Shown one piece after another: positions 28,501 through 32,000 of a stretch of 32,000 bases of DNA. The DNA is taken from the NCBI GenBank assembly GCA_963662715.1, contig OY759724.1:2760001-2792000 (forward strand), in the 5' to 3' direction. A program made the position numbers and the translations under genes. The notes below the pieces were generated by a model, which saw only the letters and a list, made by a program, of their open reading frames with translations, did no database searches and had not been told where the DNA came from. The stretch comes from Candidatus Omnitrophota bacterium (GTDB lineage: Bacteria; Omnitrophota; Gorgyraeia; Zapsychrales; JANLHA01). The first letter of the stretch is position 1. Every line of letters starts with the position of its first letter.

Positions 28501-30361
28501 TGCGACTCCTTATTCCGAGGAAGTTGATTTATCCTGGAGCAATACCGAACTTGTGACCGGTTATAAGATCCTGTACGGCACAGCCAGCGGGGTTTATGAT
28601 ACGGAAATCAATGCCGGGGCCGTAACCGATTATACGGTCACCGGTTTAAGTAACGGTACGAAATATTATTTTATCGTCCGGGGCTACAACCATGTCGGAG
28701 ACGGCGCAGACTCCAATGAAATCGACACCATACCTTACCAGAAGACCTATATCAATTCTGATATCACGGAAGATACAACTTGGGACCTGCAGGGCAGCCC
28801 GTATATTATTAACACAAGCATTGCCGTTGATGCCGGCGTGACTTTGACGATCGAACCCGGCGTTGAAGTGAGGTTTGGCGGTTTTTACAGCCTCACCATT
28901 AACGGCACGTTAAACGCGCAGGGCACAGCCGGGCAGAGGGTCCTTTTCACATCGGATGAATCGCCCAAAGAAGCTCAGGATTGGATAGGTATTTATATTT
29001 ACGGTAACGCAAATATATCCTTTGCCCAATTTGAATATTCCCTTCACGGATTGTATATCGATAATGTTTCTCCCTCAATTTATGATAACGTTTTTAAATA
29101 CAACGGCTCAGCGCTTTATCTTGTTAACGGCTGTTCGTCTGATATATCCGGGAACACGATAAGCAATAATCATACGGGTGTTTTTGTGTCCCCTTCATTA
29201 ACGACGCCGCCCAACCCAACGATCAATAATAATGACATTTTTGACAACGTATATGATTTTAAAACAGAAGCTCCGGGGGGATTGGATTATTCTTCCATCA
29301 CGATCAATGCGGAGAATAACTGGTGGGGGACAACAGATCAGGCGGCCATTGAAAATAAAATTATTCATAACCCTGATGATGCTTTGCTCCCGGTCGTGGA
29401 TTACGAGCCTTACGAATCGCAGGCCAGCGGGCCGGGGATATCCAACCCCAATGTCTCAGCTCTGCTGTTTACCCCTGTCTCCGGGGAAACCACGAGTATC
29501 AATTATACCCTTGACCAGGACGCGGATGTTACAATTAAAATATATTTATATGAGACTAAGGAACTCGTCTACACTTTGCTGGATTCTGCGGCCAGAACCG
29601 CCGGCACTCATTCCGAGACCTGGGACGGCCGGAACAATTATAATGAAGTCCTGCCTTATGATGTTTATTATTACACCATCAGTGCTGTCGACAGTTCGGA
29701 TAATTATTCGGAATATGACCCTCAGTATGTTGAAGGGACTGTGGATTTCCTTAATTATTCGGTTGAGCCGGACACGTTTGACCCTTATCAGAACGAAGTT
29801 GTAACGGTCTCTTATGATCTGCTTTCCCCGTCTTGGGTTATTTTGACAGTGAACGCCCCCAGAGAAATCGGTGAAGATGCCTATGAAATTGATGAGCTGG
29901 TGACGTCAAGCCCACAGGACACGACGGGGAATCAGGAGATCTGGGATGGACGCGATGCCGGAGGATTCATTAGGGATGGTGATTTTTATATATTTGGTTG
30001 GGCGACTCTTTTGCCGGATAATGCCATTGCCCTGGAGCCTGATTTCGAAATCACATCTTTGACTACGGGGCCGTACTCTATCTTCCCGATTTACGGGGAT
30101 ATCACGCATATAACGTATGAAATCCCCGCAGATGCGGTGATTACTCTGGAAGTGCTGGATCCTGACGGCGTTTCGGTTCGCACGCTTATAAATGATGCAT
30201 TGACGGAAGCAGGTCATTATACCGGTCTCGTTTGGGACGGCAAAGATGATACCGGACGGGTTGTTTCTCCGGCCGGGAATTATATCGTGAAACTCACAGC
30301 AGTGAATGCCGCGGACGGGGAAACGAGTATCAAGTATGCCAATGTCACAATTTTTGATTAA
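19589..30361 (+). CDS. giant (3,590 aa) secreted multidomain repeat protein: 4x Ig-like, 11x FN3 / 10x unassigned domain, parallel beta-helix, FlgD-Ig-like domains
   Basis: A single uninterrupted 10,773-nt frame. The approximate domain map is:
- Signal peptide: RKPLFAIMLILLSSVACVGNVYG-QT.
- 19742-20930: four 100-aa domains.
- 20930-28741: FN3 domains (TDL...L.WT.P.NNG..I..YE..YGTV...Y.FRV.A.N..G) alternating with a ~155-aa domain.
- 28742-29420: beta-helix repeats (ISGNTISNNHTGVFV, INNNDIFDN, NNWWGT).
- 29420-30358: about three FlgD-Ig-like modules (TWDGRNNYNEVLPYDVYYYTISAVD; VWDGKDDTGRVVSPAGNYIVKLTAVN). Confidence 0.9.
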   Translation: MKQIFQSVRRTIEKHAVFSPGFLTLRKPLFAIMLILLSSVACVGNVYGQTPTVSTDKATYTPGESIVVSFTNAAGDASDWISLANAGSANNQYVDLLYTDGTLNGTAGIVNGSVTFPNGLPSGNYEARLFFYDSFNLEASVSFTVEPAGAITVSTDKATYTPGESIVVSFTNAAGDASDWISLANAGSANNQYVDLLYTDGTLNGTAGIVNGSVTFPNGLPSGNYEARLFFYDSFNLEASVSFTVEPAGAITVSTDKATYTPGESIVVSFTNAAGDASDWISLANAGSANNQYVDLLYTDGTLNGTAGIVNGSVTFPNGLPSGSYEARLFFYDSFNLEASVSFTVEPAGAITVSTDKATYTPGESIVVSFTNAAGDASDWISLANAGSANNQYVDLLYTDGTLNGTAGIVNGSVTFPNGLPSGDYEARLFFYDSYNLEASASFDVATAPDAITDLSAVSGEGEVTLSWTEPPDNNSAITSYEVEYGTVASGLFDNTYTDDATPGATISGLTNGVAYQFRVLAINGEGTSPESNVVTATPAAMTGVTWTDLVGVSANGNTITKTAGGTGWNAGAASAETFNGDGGVDFSVSQANGAVMCGLSEENTDENYTTIDYALYADLSGNVRVYENGVSRGTFGAYEIGDRLRVARTGSTVTYEHNGTVIYTSTVSSSGPLVADASIYTADAEIVDAQLFGVTVGVPDTITDLEVRNNIVDVELAWTAPGNNGAAITEYEIQYGTVASGLFENTYVDDASAGATLSGLTLGVGYQFRVIAKNSYGSSGTSNVATGTPVTGIDVSWTDLVGVSANGNTITKTAGGTGWNAGAASAETFNGDGGVDFSVSQANGAVMCGLSEENTDENYTTIDYALYADLSGNVRVYENGVSRGTFGTYEIGDRLRVARTGSTVTYEHNGTVIYTSTVSSSGPLVADASIYTADAEIVDAQLFGVTVGVPDTITDLEVRNNIVDVELAWTAPGNNGAAITEYEIQYGTVASGLFENTYVDDASAGATLSGLTLGVGYQFRVIAKNSYGSSGTSNVATGTPVTGIDVSWTDLVGVSANGNTITKTAGGTGWNAGAASAETFNGDGGVDFSVSQANGAVMCGLSEENTDENYTTIDYALYADLSGNVRVYENGVSLGTFGTYEIGDRLRVARTGSTVTYEHNGTVIYTSTVSSSGPLVADASIYTADAEIVDAQLFGVTVGVPDTITDLEVRNNIVDVELAWTAPGNNGAAITEYEIQYGTVASGLFDNTYVDDASAGATLSGLTVGVEYQFRVIAKNSYGSSGTSNVATGTPVTGIDVIWTDLVGVSANGNTITKTAGGTGWNAGAASAETFNGDGGVDFSVSQANGAVMCGLSEENTDENYTTIDYALYADLSGNVRVYENGVSRGTFGTYEIGDRLRVARTGSTVTYEHNGTVIYTSTVSSSGPLVADASIYTADAEIVDAMIMGVSQAPEPITDLTAMAENGQISLFWTAPEDNGSPITEYEVRYGTVSGGVFDHTYTDDDTPGTVITGLTNDVEYMFRVFAINSAGSSADSNFVTISPIITFPVNWTDLVGVNANGSTITKTDTSAWGNGGAASTTTFEGDGGVEFRISQTPVNLICGLSDENTDADYTSIDYAIRLNDTGAIEVFENGLYVDSFGSYEAADVFRVRRTGNTITYQKNGTVFYTSTVSSLGLLLADAAIYASGDEIADANMIGVTPGVPGSIYDLSAVAGDEEVMLYWTAPVNNGAVITEYEIQYGTVASGLFDNTYTDDAVTGATITGLTNDTEYQFRVVAVNSYGTADPWGFVTSTPYESSVGIPVTWQNMIGCEATGNDLEKVTWAGFATASSVTTFSGDVKVAFTASSFPYGIQFGLSSDPDTSYTNIHHNIHINNPSGVDTINIRENGVIVYSETTSVSAGDVFAIERSGTTVTYLRNETVFYTSTSPSAGTQFIDVFMDTFGGRLEDAMIYGVTPGVPDPVTDLTADADPGEVVLDWTAPANNGTAIIQYEVQYGTVASGLFDHTYIDDDSPGTTISALTNGTAYQFRVVATNSSGSSEVSNAVVSTPYDGMPVTWQNLVNCTATGSDLENTSSEQGGASSVTTFSGDAKAEYTVSASPVGIHFGLSDSDPDVDWTNIDYDIYVGTGLTVTVYENGTSVHAGPVVNTGDVLSIDKTGSTITYLLNGTVFYTSAETANGTLLIDTFLENNGNLIEDARMIGLVTGVPGTITDLTAYSGLGEVTLYWTAPANNGSAIFEYEIQYGTVAGGLFDNTYTDDAETGAIVSGLTDATDYQFRVIAKNGYGSSDVSNTAAAMPNTSVDITWTDIVGVTVNGNTIIKNAATMAWDSGAASFEKISADGALEFTATQTNTRRLCGFSKANTDAGGSSIDYGIYLYDNGYAYVFENGANKASLGPYESGDRFAVRRTGYQMIYKKNGNVYYANSNTANSGELLADASIYTPEGEITEAKLLILSPGVPDAVEDLVAVGEDGQVALSWNAPDGNGSAITEYEVRYGTVASGLFDSTYLDDADPGAVISGLTNGVEYQFQVVATNGVGTGEVSNTATAIPVQTPEIDVVWTDLVGVSVDGNSITKTASTGWGNGGAASEQIITGDGGVKFTAAQTDKIVLCGLSETNADASIFSIEYAMYLHSSGNVYVYESGSYIDGYGSYSVGDTFSVERSGTTVVYKHNGTIIYTSTVPAAGSLLVDSTIYTQGGTISDAKITGIAVGPPDAVDDLIASAKDAGVILDWTAPSDNGYPISGYEVQYGTVAGGLFDNTYVDDDIPGTAISGLTNGEEYQFRVVAVNSQGTSDVSNVVMATPEPLVVVDVVWTDAIHVDVNGNTITNTWWQDGWESGAASMTIFDGDGAVDFTVAQTNARLACGLSDANTGTGYTSIDYAFYLETNGDLYIYENGVSQGVFGTYDVGDRLVIDRTFSTVTYWNDTTLLYTSTTPSTGPLMADSAIYTSGGVIDDARLSGISWSLPESVTDLDATPYSEEVDLSWSNTELVTGYKILYGTASGVYDTEINAGAVTDYTVTGLSNGTKYYFIVRGYNHVGDGADSNEIDTIPYQKTYINSDITEDTTWDLQGSPYIINTSIAVDAGVTLTIEPGVEVRFGGFYSLTINGTLNAQGTAGQRVLFTSDESPKEAQDWIGIYIYGNANISFAQFEYSLHGLYIDNVSPSIYDNVFKYNGSALYLVNGCSSDISGNTISNNHTGVFVSPSLTTPPNPTINNNDIFDNVYDFKTEAPGGLDYSSITINAENNWWGTTDQAAIENKIIHNPDDALLPVVDYEPYESQASGPGISNPNVSALLFTPVSGETTSINYTLDQDADVTIKIYLYETKELVYTLLDSAARTAGTHSETWDGRNNYNEVLPYDVYYYTISAVDSSDNYSEYDPQYVEGTVDFLNYSVEPDTFDPYQNEVVTVSYDLLSPSWVILTVNAPREIGEDAYEIDELVTSSPQDTTGNQEIWDGRDAGGFIRDGDFYIFGWATLLPDNAIALEPDFEITSLTTGPYSIFPIYGDITHITYEIPADAVITLEVLDPDGVSVRTLINDALTEAGHYTGLVWDGKDDTGRVVSPAGNYIVKLTAVNAADGETSIKYANVTIFD
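19741..20930 (+). repeat. in-frame tandem repeat, 300-bp unit x 4 (near-identical)
   Basis: CACGGTCAGCACCGATAAGG recurs at exactly 19741, 20041, 20341 and 20641. The units differ by only a handful of mostly synonymous substitutions. The fourth unit diverges in its last ~50 nt. Confidence 0.95.
21228..23915 (+). repeat. in-frame tandem repeat, 753-bp unit x ~3.6 (near-identical), continuing as diverged ~750-760-bp modules to ~28741
   Basis: GTGGGGGTGAGTGCGAACGGG starts at 21239, 21992, 22745 and 23498, a spacing of exactly 753. The encoded units differ at only a few residues (A/T, R/L, E/D, L/V, G/E, S/I). Confidence 0.95.
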
Positions 30362-30375
30362 AGAAAGATGAAAAT

Positions 30376-31260
30376 ATGCTGCAAAGGACTTTAGTTTTTC
30401 TGCTCATAACTTTTTTCTTGAGCCATAGTCCGCTTTGGGCTGAGGTTAAAGAACTGATTGCTTATTCAAGTCTCACGGATGGCTACTGGCAGATATGGAC
30501 CATGGCCCCGGACGGAAGTCATAAACAGCAGGTGACGCGGTCTTTGTCTGATAAAAGGGACCCGGCATGGATGAACAACGGTCAGGCTTTGGTGTGCCGA
30601 ACGAATAATGGCGAACTTTGGACTGTTGACCTTGCGACAAAAGAGGAAAAACAGGTCCTCACAAGATACACCATGATCCGTAATCCGCATTACTGCGATG
30701 CCAGCCAGGAGATCGTTTTTGTCCGTTTTGACCCGCGGTCCCAGGGGGCGGGCTTTATATGGAAAACAGATTTGAAAGACAGCTACCCGGAGGTCCTAAC
30801 CCGGGAAAGCATTCTGAAATATCAGCCGGTTTTTTCCTGGCAGTGCGACAAGATTGCCTTTGTCAAAGCTGATCAGGAATTAAAGAATCATCATGTATGG
30901 CTCATGGACGCTGACGGCAAGAATCAGGAACAGTTGACAAAAGAAACAGGGCTGTTTACGCTCCCGGCGTTTTCTCCGGATCAGAAAAGCCTTGTTTTGA
31001 CCTCAAACTGTCAGGATGATAATTATGAAATTTATGTTCTGGATCTGGCAAGCCGGGAAACGAAGCGGATCACCAGCGATCCGGGGCTGGATACCCATGC
31101 CCGTTTTTCCCCGGACGGGAAAAATATTGTCTTTGTTTCCAACCGCAGCGGGAGTCAGCAGATCTGGACCATGGACCGGGAAGGCCGTAATCTGCAACAG
31201 CTCACCCGCGGCCCGGAGGAATGTGTCACTCCGGATTGGGGAAGGGCCGGGGAGGATTAG
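30376..31260 (+). CDS. TolB-like periplasmic PD40 beta-propeller protein
   Basis: 294 aa. It has a signal peptide (FLLITFFLSHSPLWAEV) and PD40 motifs (FSPDQKSLVLTSN, ARFSPDGKNIVFVSNRSGSQQIWTMDREGRNLQQLT). It starts 14 nt after the giant gene stop. Confidence 0.85.
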   Translation: MLQRTLVFLLITFFLSHSPLWAEVKELIAYSSLTDGYWQIWTMAPDGSHKQQVTRSLSDKRDPAWMNNGQALVCRTNNGELWTVDLATKEEKQVLTRYTMIRNPHYCDASQEIVFVRFDPRSQGAGFIWKTDLKDSYPEVLTRESILKYQPVFSWQCDKIAFVKADQELKNHHVWLMDADGKNQEQLTKETGLFTLPAFSPDQKSLVLTSNCQDDNYEIYVLDLASRETKRITSDPGLDTHARFSPDGKNIVFVSNRSGSQQIWTMDREGRNLQQLTRGPEECVTPDWGRAGED

Positions 31261-31297
31261 ACATTGTTTATATTAATTCATACATGAGGGTTATATT

Positions 31298-31678
31298 ATG
31301 AAAAATTTATCTCTATCCGTATTCATGCTTTTATTTTGTGCCTTGTCAGCAAACGTTTTATACGCCCAGTCCGTTATTCCGGTCACACTCAATCTTGTTC
31401 AGGAAGAACCGGATAAAAAAGGGACGGATATAACGAATATCTATACGGTAGAAATTCAGGCTGATCAGCCGGCAGACGTTGAAGGCAGGACATTTGAAAT
31501 CGTTTATTTCCTGGATGATATTGTTATTCAAAGATTTGATCAGCAGACATTGCCGTTTTCGTTCAAAAGAAATTACAAAGGGAAGAAACCGGGTGCGCAT
31601 AAGATACGTGTTGAGCTCCTTGATGAAAACGGCAATAAAGTCGCCCAGAAGAGTGTAACCGTAAATGTGGTCTATTAA
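31298..31678 (+). CDS. small secreted protein, probable Ig-like beta-sandwich
   Basis: 126 aa. It has a signal peptide (LLFCALSANVLYAQS) and a beta-rich pattern ending GAHKIRVELLDENGNKVAQKSVTVNVVY. GAGGG lies upstream. The gap from the preceding gene is 37 nt. Confidence 0.65.
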   Translation: MKNLSLSVFMLLFCALSANVLYAQSVIPVTLNLVQEEPDKKGTDITNIYTVEIQADQPADVEGRTFEIVYFLDDIVIQRFDQQTLPFSFKRNYKGKKPGAHKIRVELLDENGNKVAQKSVTVNVVY

Positions 31679-31696
31679 TAACCGGAACCTTTAATA

Positions 31697-32000
31697 ATGA
31701 GTTACTTGGTCAATATCATATTTCTTGTGTTTATCCTGTCCGGCTGTCAGACCGTGACGGCCCCGCCGGCAAGTGGGCCTGTTACATCTGGGGTGTCTCC
31801 CTCCGAAACAAAGCCTTTTTATGAAGGAGAAGTTAAAGTCTCCGATACCTCTTTTGCCCAGGCAACCGGTAAGATTGTTTACACCCTGGCCGAACCCGCT
31901 TTGGTCCGTATCCGCATAGGCCAGGAGAACGGGGCTTTGTTAAGGACTTTCCTGGATTGGGAAGAACAGGAAAAGGGGGAGCATGTTCTGGCCTGGGACA
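31697..32000 (+). CDS. lipoprotein with FlgD-Ig-like domain (partial; runs off the window end)
   Basis: My own translation from ATG 31697 gives MSYLVNIIFLVFILSGCQTVTAPP..., with the lipobox LSGC. It continues ...KIVYTLAEPALVRIRIGQENGALLRTFLDWEEQEKGEHVLAWD with no stop up to 32000. The V.I.I......L......G.H...WD pattern matches FlgD-Ig-like modules. It is not in the ORF track because the frame is open-ended. Confidence 0.6.
   Translation, partial: MSYLVNIIFLVFILSGCQTVTAPPASGPVTSGVSPSETKPFYEGEVKVSDTSFAQATGKIVYTLAEPALVRIRIGQENGALLRTFLDWEEQEKGEHVLAWD

Noticed and set aside
1-32000. tRNA, rRNA and mobile-element genes
   Set aside because: I scanned the intergenic regions (74-376, 5778-6034, 8452-8797, 13809-14108, 16399-17025, 18899-19588) by eye. 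I found no GGTTCGAAT-type T-loop or cloverleaf candidate, no rRNA-like sequence, and no transposase or integrase ORF.

Overview
This 32-kb bacterial window is roughly 40-58% GC by eye. The source is probably an uncultivated diderm, but I cannot assign taxonomy from the sequence alone.

Left half (1-16.4 kb), ordinary core genes:
- A partial divergent AlaDH/PNT-family gene at the left edge.
- An rseC-rnfBCDGEA (Rnf complex) operon.
- An orphan AmmeMemoRadiSam-type radical SAM gene, exonuclease III, a secreted PEBP/YbhB-family protein, MoeA and a small membrane protein.
- An ECF sigma factor translationally coupled to an 879-aa anti-sigma factor with a vWA/YfbK-type ectodomain.
- A lipoprotein, and a convergent B12-radical-SAM plus 7Fe-ferredoxin pair.

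Right half (16.4-32 kb), an envelope or surface locus:
- An AT-rich intergenic region, then an OMP beta-barrel and a PD40 beta-propeller protein with a PEP-CTERM tail.
- A 10.8-kb gene for a 3,590-aa secreted mosaic protein: 4 near-identical 100-aa domains, 11 FN3 domains alternating with 10 copies of an unassigned ~155-aa domain, a parallel beta-helix, and FlgD-Ig-like domains.
- Tightly packed behind it are a TolB-like propeller, a small Ig-like secreted protein and a FlgD-Ig-like lipoprotein that runs off the window.

I found no rRNA, tRNA, CRISPR array, transposase, integrase, reverse transcriptase or recognisable defence or toxin genes.

The best candidate for something undescribed is the giant-protein operon. 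It has no recognisable export or anchoring module and carries a repeated domain I cannot assign. A related oddity is a pair of ~80% identical 66-nt non-coding elements that bracket the neighbouring OMP/PD40 gene pair.

All functional calls rest on motif recognition by eye. No database search was run.
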